Assembly (NCBI RefSeq): GCF_004010195.1
Contig: NC_057755.1
Location: 9,277,306 to 9,341,305, forward strand
Reading direction: 5' to 3'
DNA length: 64,000 nt
DNA from: Chiloscyllium plagiosum
Lineage: Eukaryota
Below are positions 52,926 to 64,000 of the stretch, one piece after another. The position numbers and the translations under genes are program-made. The notes under the pieces are model-generated. The model did not search any database. It saw only the letters and a list, made by a program, of their open reading frames with translations, and had not been told where the DNA came from. Within the stretch, counting starts at the first letter, position 1. Every line of letters starts with the position of its first letter.

Positions 52926-53819
52926 TTAAAAGAGGAAAGCCAATGTGAAACTTAGATTTGGTAATGGGCACACAGAAAAAGAAAATGTCGTGATCATGAT
53001 TCACCCTTTTCCCATTAAGCCTGAGCTTGAGTGCTGTCAAAAATGCCGTGCAGCCCAACTGGAAACCAACGCTTAGGATGTGTCAGTGAATGAGATGAAG
53101 CAAGTAACATGAGGTATCTTAAAAAAAAGTAGATGCATAAATGATTTACATTAGATGATTGGCACTTCAACAATGATGAGGAAATTTGGGACAGATGGAG
53201 AAGAAGCAAGCATTTTTCCTGACGTTTAGACCATTAAACAGAAAGCATAAAATTATATAATTAATTGAACAAAAAATAATGGCCTCAGAAACAGCAAGGA
53301 ACTGACAGCTTACGCAACAAAGACACCTGAGGTACTGCCCTTAATGCAGAAGGATACAATTTCCAAAGGAGTTTTCAATGTCAAAAAGGGAAGGTAAGGT
53401 CGAACAATCTCTTCGTACTTGGCCATATCAAACCAGTTTTACTAACTTAAGTACCTCTGTATTTTTTTCGAATTGATGGACACCTATGCTTGTCGTATTG
53501 CAAGTGGGTTCTGAGGAAGATTTGTACTGTTTCAAGGCAATTTTTCCAGATTTGAAATGAATTCAACTCTCGAAATTTTTATTTGACATTCTCTTAACTG
53601 ACAAAAATGTCACATTCTGTTCCTACTTCACAAACGTTTCCCATTTCTACACATGTTTTATCATTCTGTCAAACTGATTAATATGAACAATGCTTAATTA
53701 TGAGAATAGAAAGTGCTGGACTAGCTCAGCAGTCAGTGTGATGAGTGAAACAGAGTTAATGTTTAGAGTCAGTTATGATTATTCTGCAGAATAGATAGGA
53801 TGCTGGAAAATGCTGTCAA

Positions 53820-54390
53820 ATTGAACCACGAGTACCATAGGACTGTAAGAGGGAGAAGTAAAGTTCGGCCATTGATCCAGTTGAGTCTATTCTGCAATTC
53901 AATCATGTTTGATTTGTTTCTCAAGCTCATTCTCCTGCTTTGATCCGGCAAATTTTCAAGAATCGGGTTATCTCTGTCTTTAGGCCGCTCAATGACTAAA
54001 ATTTCACAGCATTTTGTAACCATGAGTTCCATAGTCACCACCCTCCAGTTCCAGAAATTGCTCTGCATCTCGTTTCGAATGGGTATACCTTTCACACTGA
54101 GGCTATGTTCTCTGATCCACTTCTCTCCGTCCTCAGAGCCTCTCAACATGCAGTAATTTTCATTGAGATACCACTCATCCTTCTAAACACCTTCAAACGG
54201 CAGCCCAAAATGCTGAGCCAGTCCTCATATGACAGCCTGTTCATCCCTGAGATTATTTTTGCAAGCTTCTTGTAGATACCTCAATCCCAGAACCTCACTC
54301 CAGAGATTCAGGATCAAACTGCTCACAACCTTCCAAATGTGGTCTGATGAGGGCCTTATAACGCGTCAGAAGGACGGCCCTGCTCTTATT
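53820..54390 (-). mobile_element. Old CR1-type LINE 3' fragment
   Basis: ccatagga..gttcggccatt..caatcatg and ccaaatgtggtctga motifs typical of CR1 3' ends. Confidence 0.5.
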
Positions 54391-54619
54391 TTGTCAGTTA
54401 AATTTAGGTTTATTCGTATGTGTTCTCGAATGAAAGGTTTGGAATGCCGCCACTTGCATCACATCTTCGATTCCAGTAGCATTTAGCACACTACAGAGAA
54501 ATAATAAAAAAAAGCACTCCTGCATATGATCCAAAATCAACTTTTAAAAGAAAATGTCCTCAATTTTCAAAAATTACACATCAATCCTTCAGACACTTAT
54601 CCTTTCGACTTTACTGGAC

Positions 54620-54990
54620 CAAGTCTCCAGACCAGGCATGGCATCAAAGCTTGAGGCCTGTCTTACTGTCCTCACAACACCTCAACTCACGATATGACTT
54701 CCCGTCCTCGACTCAACTCCCAAAACCGCTCTCCAGTCCGGGACTCGGCTCTCAGGTCCTGTCTCCATGACCAGGAATGAAATCCCCACTCTGGTCTCTG
54801 GTCTCGAGTCTGGGAGTCAAATTCCCACTGCAGTTTCCACTGCAGGAATCATTTCGTCACTGTGGTCTTCAGTTCAGGATTTTCCTTTCCGCTCTGGTCT
54901 CCAGTCCAGCAGTCACGTCCGAGCTTCAGTATCCAGTCCAGGACTCACATCCTTGGTCCAGTCTCGACTACGGAAGGCGGGTGGTCATGA
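54620..54990. repeat. Degenerate 32-bp minisatellite
   Basis: Units starting gtctccagtccagga-like at 54729, 54761, 54801, 54833, 54865, 54897, 54929 and 54961. Confidence 0.7.
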
Positions 54991-55329
54991 CAGTCTTACA
55001 CTCCGTGACTGGCTTCCCCGTGACAACCCTGCATTCGGGAGTCAAAACCAAGCGTGTGTCTGCAGTCAGGGAATCGGCTCGCTGTAACATTCGTCTACTA
55101 TGGAAGTCAGCCAAACATCGCCACACCCCCAACAGCCCTACCACTAAGCCCTTGACAGTCTGAAGTTTTAGATTCACAACAAGCACAAAAAAGACAGAAA
55201 ATTGATGGTTGATGTGAATGAGTTCCAGAATGGGATCCAAACCCCTATTCCGATTTGAATGCTTTCTATATTTTGTTGCGCATCGTCCTAAAGTAGAGAT
55301 CATGATTTATCCAGATATAGAAACCAGTC

Positions 55330-56060
55330 TTGTACCACATCGAACTGGAAAGAAAGTGCAGGAGCAGAGGGACCTGGGTACATAAATGCACAGAAAGTGG
55401 CAGGACAAGTCCAGAGATCAGATTAACGCAGGCAGATTACTTAGCATCATTAGAAGGTCGCAAAGTATAACACTAGGTAGGCAATATTAAACTTGGGAAA
55501 CAAGCTTGTTAAGCATTTTGCACAATTATATATTCCACTTATAAGGAAAGACATTAAAGAATTGTAGTAAGCACAGAAGACATTGAAAAACAATCGTGTC
55601 AGGCATGAGCTATTTCAGTAATAAGGATGATTGAAGACGCTGAGTCTGTTCTTCTTGGATATAATACGAGCGAGCAGAGCTTTGATAGTGATTTTCAAAA
55701 TCATGAGTGGGCTAGAAAGTGTAGATGAGAAGAAATTGTTTCTGCTGAAAAATAGAACAAGAATGAGAGTACAGAGATCAAAACTCGTCTGTGCAATGAG
55801 CAAGGATGAAATGAGCAACAAAACATCTGTCTCTGGGTTCTCACAGCATTTCCCCTGCTGAAAATTATGTTGGAAGCAAATCCACTTCAACCTTAACTGA
55901 GAAAACTGATAGGTATTGCGGGTAGGTGTTCTGTGTTGGTGTTGGGGAATAAAGGTGCAAGGATATGAGGCTTCAGTGGATGATTGGCACTCGAAAACGA
56001 TGTTCATTTAATGGAACAGTGCAAACATGATGGGCCGAACAGCGTCCTTCAGTACGGGAA
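55330..56060 (+). mobile_element. Old CR1-type LINE 3' fragment
   Basis: gagcagagggacctgggt, LIVIFKIMSGLESVDEKKLF and gatgggccgaac tail. Confidence 0.55.
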
Positions 56061-56647
56061 GATTTGTGCGTTACTGATTTGTGGTAACATTATTATGAGG
56101 AGAGTTTTGAAGGAAACAAACCAGCACTTCACAAATAGCACATGGTTTGATATGAGAATTTGAGGTCTACGAAATTAAAGTACAGAGGACACACTCTGAA
56201 TTTGTTGAAAACAGCGTTGAGACCTGAATGCAGTAAGTGTCTCAGCGAAAAAAAACTCATCTGTTTCTATAGCTTTGATCGAAATTTACCAGAAAATGAG
56301 CTGTTCTTCAAACGTGCAAAGACCGTACATAGACATATTATAGTGCGTAAACCGGCTCTCTTTCACATAAAATGGAAGACGTTAACAAATGAGGTGATAA
56401 TCAAGGTACAATTGATGACTGTCTGATTCCTATGCACAAATCCTGAAGGTGAAGAGACAGCATTTGTCATCTCACAATCAAAGACAATGAATGCATTTCT
56501 GATGTATGAACTGTTATGTCCTTTGTAGAACCCTTGTTCATGTTTCACTATCTCATTTTATTCTTTTTATAATTTTGATTTGGAGCTATGAACTGTAAAC
56601 TGTGAGCTGAAAGATGAACTTTGCGACACGAGTAGCAATATGTTTAT

Positions 56648-58590
56648 TTAGAACATAGAACATAGAACAATACAGCGCAGAACAGGCCCTTCAGCCCTCG
56701 ATGTTGCGCTGACCTGTGAACTATTCTCAGCTCGTCCCCCTGCATTATCCCATCATCATCCATGTGCTCATCCAAGGATTGTTTAAATCTCTCTAATGTG
56801 GCAGAGTTGACTATATTGGCTGTTAGAGCATTCCACGCACTGACCATTTTCTGAATAAAGAACCTGCTTCTGAAATCTGTCTTAAAATCTATCACCCCTT
56901 AATTTGTAGTTATGCCTCCTCGTACAAGCTGACGTCATCATCCTAGGAAAATGACTTTCACTGTTTACCCTATCTAATCCTCTGACCATCTTGTATTGTC
57001 TCTATCAAATCCCCGTTTAGACTTCTTTGCAATGAGAAAACACCCAAGTCTCTCAGCCATTCCTCATAAGACTTTCACTCCATAAGGCAACATCCTAGTA
57101 AATCTCCTCTGCACTTTTTCCAATGCTTCAACATCCTTCCCGAAATACGGAGACCAGAACTGTACACAATATTCCAAGTGTGGCTGCACCAGCATTTTGT
57201 TTTATAGCGGCAATGTAATATTGCGGCTCTTGAACTCAATCGCTCTGCGAATGAAACCGAACACACTGTACGACGTCTTAACAGCACTATCCACCTGGAT
57301 TGTTTTTATTTCACATTCAGTGCTTACTGTACATCGCTTCATCAAAAAAGGAAATCTTTTCTTAAAAATAGTGGAGCGAAAAGTTAGTTTCTTCAAGTAG
57401 AAGACACGAATAGCCATAGTATTCAGCTCTAATGGACTTGGGAGAAACCAAACTTGGGAGTTTTAAAATCATTCTCATTTTCATCCATCAATTTTATACT
57501 GCAGGGGTACTACAGGGATACTTTCAGGGACCTATGGTCATGGACTCCAAGATCCCTCTGCACATCCGCACTACGAGGAATATTTCCATTGACCCTGTAC
57601 TCTGACTTCCTGTTATTTTTCCCAAAGTGAATCACCTCACATTTAGCTGCATTGAACTCCATTTGCCACCTCTCAGCCCAATTCTGCAGTTTATCCGTCC
57701 GCTTGCAACCTGTAACATTCATCCACACTGTCCACTACTACACTGACTTTCGTGTCGATTGCAAACTTATTAATCCATCCACCTATGATAAACTGCGGTG
57801 GTCCCAAAACAGATCGTTGTGGCACACTATCAGTAATCTGAATCCAAGCTGAATATTTTCCATCAACTACCATTCGCTGCCTTCTTTCAGAAAGCCAGTC
57901 TTTAATCCAAACTGCTAAATCACCTTCAATTCTATTCCTCTGCATTTTCCCCAACAGCCTACCACGTGGAAGCTTATCACAGGCTATACTGAAGTCCGTG
58001 TATACCACGTAAACGGGCCTACCCTCATCTACATGCTTGGTCACCTTCTCAAAAGCCTCGATGAGGTTTGTGAGACATGACTTGCCCTAAGCGAGACCAG
58101 GTTGACTATCTGAAATCAAGTTGTTGCTTGCTAGATGATTATAAATTTAATCTCTTATAATCCTTTCCAAAACCTTTCCTACAATAGAAGTAAGGCTCAG
58201 TGGCCTGTAATTACCTGGGTCAACTATACTGCCCTTCTTGGACAAGGGAGCAACATTTGCAATCCTGCAGTCATCTGGTACTAAACCTGTAGACGATGAC
58301 GACTGAAATATCAAAACCAAAGTCTCTGTTATCTCCTGCCAAGCTTCCCAGAGACTCTTCAGATAAATCCCATCCGGCCTAAGGGACTTGTCAACTTTCA
58401 CTCCTTCGAGAATTGCTAACACCTGCTCATAACAAATCTCGATCCTTTCCAGTCTAATATCTCGTACTTCATTCTTCTCCTCAACAAAATTCTCCTTTTT
58501 CTGAGTGACAACCGATGAGGAATGTTCGTTTAGCATCTCTCCGATCTCCACAGGGTCCACACTCAACTTCCCACTTCCGTCTTTAACACT
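56648..58590 (-). mobile_element. CR1 LINE 3' half, decayed, interrupted at about 57300-57508
   Basis: Peptides DPGNYRPLSLTSIVGKVLE, VVYTDFSIACDK, SVPQRSVLGP and WAERWQMEFNAAKC; (tagaaca)n tail at 56648. Confidence 0.88.
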
Positions 58591-59891
58591 CCCACTTCTG
58601 TCTTTGACACCTCCCCCTTCTGTCTTTGAAGACGAGAATAAGCAGGCGTCTGTTATTTGTGGTGACCAGGTGTGGAAGTTAGGTGCATTTTGCTTCTTGA
58701 TGGAAAGTGCTTTACAGATACCTCGACTGCAGGTGAAACTTATGCACAAGCTGATTGCAGAATTTGAATGAAAATTGGTGCCTCGTGGAAAGACTGTCAG
58801 TCAGGCAGGGACAGGTTGGAGTTTGATCTGGTTTTTGGGCTCTGTTTGATGTGGAACGCTTCAAGGCGGAGGTTTGGTGTCATAGAATCATACAGATGTG
58901 CACACTGGAAAGAGATCTTTCGATCGCACTCGTCCATGTTGAACAGATCTTCAAAATTAAACTCGTCCCATTTGCTAGCACTTGGTCCATGTCCCATTGA
59001 AAACTTGCTGTTCATATACCTGTTCAGATGTGTTTTGAACTTAATAATTGTACAAGCTTCCACCATTCCCTACCCTCCCTCTTATCATGAGGATATTGAA
59101 AGTTCAGACAATACAATGCCCATTTTTTTAAAGAATCGTTTTCATATTTGTTGGAGGCTGTCTGCGTGTGACAGTGTCAGCACAAACCAAGCTAAATACA
59201 AGCCCATGTTGCTGTCATGCGTGCGGACCATCGAAACTGCTTCAGGAAAGTGTCCAAGCACATCCAAACTATTTCCTTCGCCTGATGTATCGTTTTAATG
59301 TATTTAATTGCCTATCTACCTTCGCCTGAGAGATAGGGTAAGATTGAAAGTGGGTTGAGTTAAATCATAGGAATTAGTTATTATAATTTATTCTTTAACT
59401 TAGCCCTCGTATGATTACTGTTCTGAGAACAGTTGACCTAATGTTCTCTTGAGATTTAAAACTGTAATCTGATACCAGTCGTTCATTGAATCTGGCACAA
59501 TGTATTTTAAGAGTCCAGTTAAGTAGCATTGGGATAAAGGGCAAAGTCCATTGGATTTTTTAATTCGATTGTGTTTTGGTTGCATGGCTTTGCTGTCAGT
59601 CTCCATTTCATAGTCTACTCAGAAGTTAACTTGTTTGACCACAAGTGCTTTGTTGAAAGCACTTAACTGGATGATTCTGGAAATAAGCCAAATTTCAGTC
59701 CCTCTGTTCTGAGTATTCAGTTTTTTGTTGTTCCATAATGCAATTTCCAACATTTTAACATTTGTACAGTTAAACATACCACTGCACACGAGTCTCAGTG
59801 GCAAAGTTTTTGAATATTGCATCACAAAATTTTGCACACTTTTAGTTTCTTATGAGATCCATTTTAAAACGACTGCCCATTTCACTTGCAG

Positions 59892-60349
59892 CGAATCAGA
59901 CGACAATTATAATTCTCGCCAGGGAATACTGCGGCGGTTTGTAATTCGAGCTACATAGTGGCCATGACAATAAAAATTCCTATGATCATGACTTTTAATG
60001 TAAATGTGCATCACGTTTTCGGTCAATACTTTACATATTCCTTCTTCTCCTCCACTGGTTTTGCACGTTATTTCAATGCATGAACTCACTGCACAAGTTC
60101 ACATTTAATCCATAGTTAGAATGGTATTTTCAGAGCCTGGAAACAAAGTATTGCAGAGTGAAAACAATGGTTGCAATTAAAATGAGAAGCACTGCCCTGG
60201 TTTGCTTGGAGAACATGTCCTTTCTGTTTGCATATGAACCTGAAACAGTCACTGATCATTAACAGTTGGGTTGTTACACAAAGTTGAAAGTTTTCACTTC
60301 ACCACTAGGTGTAGCTTTTCTTGTTTACACAGAGCAGTATTTTAGTTTT
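59892..60349 (+). pseudogene. Old decayed paralog of the same GPCR family (exon 2, TM1 to TM5 part)
   Basis: Acceptor ttcacttgcag|CG AAT in the same phase. Translates in pieces to NQTTIIILAREYCG, YIVAMT..FNVNVHHVFGQYFTYSFFSST and FTFNP*LEWYFQSLETKYCRVKT..CLENMSFLFAYEPE..GCYTKLKVFTSPLG, collinear with the intact copies; contains stops and frameshifts. Confidence 0.75.
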
Positions 60350-61345
60350 GGATGGAGGTTTGCTCGCTGAGCTGAAAGGTTCAGTGTCAGATGTTTCATT
60401 ACTTTACGAGGTAACATCTTTAGTGGACCTAATGTGAAGCAATGCTCAAGCTTCCTGCTTTCTATTTATATGTTTGGGTTTCTTTGGGTTGTTGATGTTA
60501 TTTTGTGATGTTATTTCCTGTGGTGAAATCGCTTCCTGTTCCTTGTCTCGGGCTGTGGTCGATGGGGCCGAACTCGATGTTTTTGTTGATAGATTTCTTT
60601 TTGAAATGATATGCTTCGAGGAATTCTCGTGCATGCCATTTTTTGGCTGGTCCTCGGATAGATATACTGTCCCAGTCGATGTGGTGTCCTTCCTCATCCG
60701 TATGTGAGAACACTATGAGAGAGGGTAATGTATTTTTGTGGCTAGTTGGTGTTCATGTAGCCTGGTGGCTTGTTTTCTGCCTGTTTGTGCAATACAGTGT
60801 TTGTTACAGTCCTTGCACGGTATTTTGTAAATGACGTTAGTTTTGCTCATTGTCTGTATAGGGTCTTTGAAGTTAATTAGCCGCTGTTTTAGTGTGTTGG
60901 TGAGCTTGTGGGCTATCATGATGCCAAGCGGTCTGAGTAGTCTGGCAGTCATTTCCGACATGTCTTGGATGTAGGGGAGAGTGGCGACGGTTTCTGGACG
61001 TGTTTCGTCTGCTTGTTTGGGTTTGTTGCTGAGAGATTGGTGCACTGCGTTCATTGGGTCCCCATTCTTTTTGAACACACGGTATAGAGCAAGACCGCAT
61101 AAGTATTTTTCATCATTCACTTTGAGCAGACCACCCACACCACTATCTTCAGCTGTGTTGGTGGCTTGTGGGCTACCATGATGCCAAGCGGTCTGAGTAG
61201 TCTGGCAGTCATTTCCGAGATGTCTTTGATGTAGGGGAGAGTGGCGACTGTTTCTGGACGTGTTTCTTCTGCTTGTTTGGGTTTGTTGCTGAGAAATTGG
61301 TGGACTGCGTTCATTGGGTCCCCGTTCTTTTTGTACACACAGTAT
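60350..61345 (-). mobile_element. Penelope-like retroelement fragment (GIY-YIG region + degenerate pLTR), with internal 260-bp tandem duplication
   Basis: ORF 60713-61360 contains TLPYI, NVIYKIPCKDCNKHCIAQTGR and RLHEH; tctggcagtc recurs at 60941 and 61201. Confidence 0.88.
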
Positions 61346-61517
61346 AGAGCAAGGCCGCATAAGTATTTTTCGTCATTCGCTTTGAGAAGACCACCCACAC
61401 CACTATCTTCAGCTCTCTTCATAAAAAGAAATGCGGGATAGTGCCCACCTCTGAAAGCCATGCAATCCTTACACCTCATCAATTAAAAAAAAAGAACAAC
61501 CAATGTGCAGAGTACTT

Positions 61518-63200
61518 AGAGTGATAGAGTCATAAATATATAAAGCATAGAAACATACCCTTCGGTCCAACTCCTCCATGCTGACCAGATATTACAACCC
61601 AATCTAGTCACACCTGACAGCATCCGGCCGATATCCCTCCAAAAACCTTCCTATTCAAATGCCTCTTATATCCTGCAATTGTACCAGCTTCCACCACTTC
61701 CTCTGGCAGCTCATTCCATACACGTATCACCCTCTTCATGAAAAATTGTCACTTATGTCTCTTTTATACATTTGTCCCCTCACCCTAAACCTATGCCCCC
61801 TCGTTCTGAACCCCCCGAACCGAGGGAAAAGATTTACCCTATCCATGCTCCTCATAATTTTGTACACCTCTATATGGTCACCCCTCAGCCTCTGAAGTTC
61901 CAGGGAAAACAGCCGCAGACTGTTCAGCCTCTCCCTATAGCTCAGATCCTCCAACCTTGGCAACATCCTTGTAAAACGTTTATGAAGTCTTTCAAGTTTC
62001 ACAACATCTTTCCGATAGGAAGGAGACGAGAATTGCACGCAATATTCCAACAGTGGCCTAACCATTGTTCTGTAACGCCACAACATGGCGTCCCAACCGC
62101 TTTACTCAATACTCTGACCAATCAAAGAAAGCATACCAAACGCCTTCTTCACTATCCTAACTACCTGTGACTCCACATTCAAGGAGCTTCGAACCTGCAC
62201 TCCAAGGTCTCTTTGTTCAGGAACACTCCCTAGAACCTTGCCATTACGTGTATACATCCTGCTAAGATTTGCTTTCCCAAAATGCAATACTTCGCATTTA
62301 TCAGAATTAAACTCATCTGCCACTTCTCAGCCCATTGGCCCACCTCGTCAAGATCCTGTTGTAATCTGAGGTAACCCTCGTCGCTATCCACTACATCTCT
62401 AAGTTTGGTGTAAACTGCAAATTTACTAACTGTACCGCTTATGCTCCAAATCATTTATGTAAATGACAAAAAGTAGAGGGCCCAGCACCGATCGTTGTGG
62501 CACTCCACTGGTTACAGACCACCAGTCTGAAATACTCTCCAACATCAACCTCTGTCTTCAACCTTTGAGCCAGTTCTGTATCCAAATGGCTAGTTCTCCG
62601 TGAATTACGTGATATCTAACCTTGCCAATCAGTCTCCTATGAGGAACCTTGTCGAACGCCTTACTGAAGTCCATATAGATCACATCGACCACTTTGCCCT
62701 CATCAATTCTCTTTGTTACTTCCTCGAAAAACTCAATCAAGTTTGTGAAATATGATTTCCCACTCACAAAGCCATGTTGAATATCCCTAATCAGTCCTTT
62801 CCTTTCCAAATAAATGTACATTCTGTACCTCAGGATTCCCTCCCACAACTTGCCTACCACCGACGTTAGGCTCACTGATCTACTTTCCCTGACTTGTCTT
62901 TATCAACCTTCCTTAACAGTGGCACCACGTTAGCCAACCTACAATCTTCCAGGACCTCACCTGTAACTATCGATGACACAAATATCTCAGCAAGAGGCAC
63001 AACAATCACTTCTCTCGCTTCCCACAGAGTTCTCGGTTACACCTGATCTGGTCCTGAGGATTTATCTACCTATATGTGCTTCAAGACATCCAACACTTCC
63101 TCCTCTGTAAATTGGACAATTTGCAAGATGTCACCTGCGATTTCCCTACAGTCTATATCTTCCATATCCTTTTCTCCAGTAAATATTGAAGCAAAATACT
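61518..63200 (-). mobile_element. CR1 LINE 3' half, decayed
   Basis: Peptides SLTSVVGKLWE..QHGF..DVIYMDFSKAFDKVPH and VRPLLEYCVQF..RLRGDHIEVYKIM. Confidence 0.9.
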
Positions 63201-63289
63201 TTATCAAATTTACAGGTGCATACTCATTACTAGCGAACATGGTACAAAAAAGAAAACGACTGTTTAAAACAAAATAAAGCACATACATG

Positions 63290-64000
63290 GCTCCTTGAAA
63301 ACCGTGTTAGGGAATTGGAGTTGGAACTGGATGAACTACGGATCATTCGGGAGGCTGAGAGGGTAATTGAGAGGAGTGACCGGGAGTTGGTCACTCCTAA
63401 GGCTCAGGACAAGGATAGATGGGTTACAGTTAGAGGGAGAAAGGGGACAGACAGAGAGTGCAGAGATCCCCTGTAGACATTCCCCTCAGCAATAAGTATA
63501 TCGTTTTCGATACTGCTGGGGGAGATGACCTACCAGAGGAAAACCATAGTCGTTAGTTCTCTGGCACTGAGACAAAGAAGGGAAGGGGGCAGAATAGAAA
63601 AGTACCCATGGTAGGGGTCTCGATAGTAAGGGGAATCGACGGGAGATTTGTGGTCAGGATCGGGATTCCTGGAAGGTATGTTGCCTCTCTGGTGCCAGGG
63701 TCCAGGACGTCTGCAATTGCGTGTATAAGGTTCTAAAAGGGGAGGGCGAACAGCCAGAAATAGTGTTACATATTGGCACTAATGATATAGCCATAAAAAG
63801 GACTGAGGATATAAAAAGTGATTTCAGGGAGTTACGATCGAAACTGCAAAGCAGGACGAACAGAGTAGTGTTCTCTAGGTTACTACCGGTGCCACGAGAT
63901 AGCGAGTCGAGGAAGAGGGAGCGGGTGCAGCTTAACACGTGGCTGCGCAGCTGGTGTAGGAGGGAGGGCTACAGATATGTAGATAATTGGGATGCCTTCT
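63290..64000 (+). mobile_element. CR1 LINE ORF1 fragment (SGNH esterase-like domain), runs off window
   Basis: Frames read VGVSIVRGID (GDS motif mutated), CCLSGARVQDV and VLHIGTNDI, after a coiled-coil-like ENRVRELELELDELRIIRE. Confidence 0.78.

Larger units (their letters stand above)
580..53045 (+). repeat. Tandem segmental duplication, about 17-kb unit, at least 4 copies each with one GPCR gene
   Basis: ATG spacing 5163 to 22469 is 17306 and 29632 to 46571 is 16939. 13235-17374 matches 38883-41597; 17555 onward matches 42217 onward and about 580 onward; the same order of TE remnants recurs in each unit. Confidence 0.92.

Noticed and set aside
54620..54990. CRISPR-like repeat/spacer appearance
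   Set aside because: Vertebrate context, no cas genes, repeats degenerate and the spacers are related to one another; it is a minisatellite.
58768..59298. 176-aa ORF
   Set aside because: Overlaps antisense CR1 3' debris; no recognisable domain.
60385..60430. Hammerhead in the second Penelope pLTR
   Set aside because: The core is mutated (CUAAAGA, GAAACAUC), so it is at best a dead relic.

Overview
Eukaryotic, repeat-rich vertebrate DNA with three N-gaps. It is almost certainly an elasmobranch (shark), inferred from HE1-type SINEs, CR1 LINEs and Penelope-derived elements. The window is dominated by a tandem segmental duplication with a unit of about 17 kb. Each unit carries a two-exon class A GPCR gene on the + strand that resembles the GPR139/GPR142-like receptors, with a 70-nt first coding exon the ORF track misses. 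Copies 2 and 3 are intact (341 aa). Copy 1 has a TGT>TGA nonsense codon and copy 4 is frameshifted. A fifth, much older decayed paralog at about 59.9-60.35 kb is cut by a Penelope insertion. The rest is transposon debris: CR1/L2-type LINEs, SINEs, Gypsy-like LTR remnants and Penelope-like elements (PLEs). Two families of PLE termini carry minimal hammerhead-ribozyme motifs, including a 92-bp insertion that is little more than the ribozyme and several palindromic non-autonomous copies. All family assignments come from reading the sequence by eye, not from database searches.
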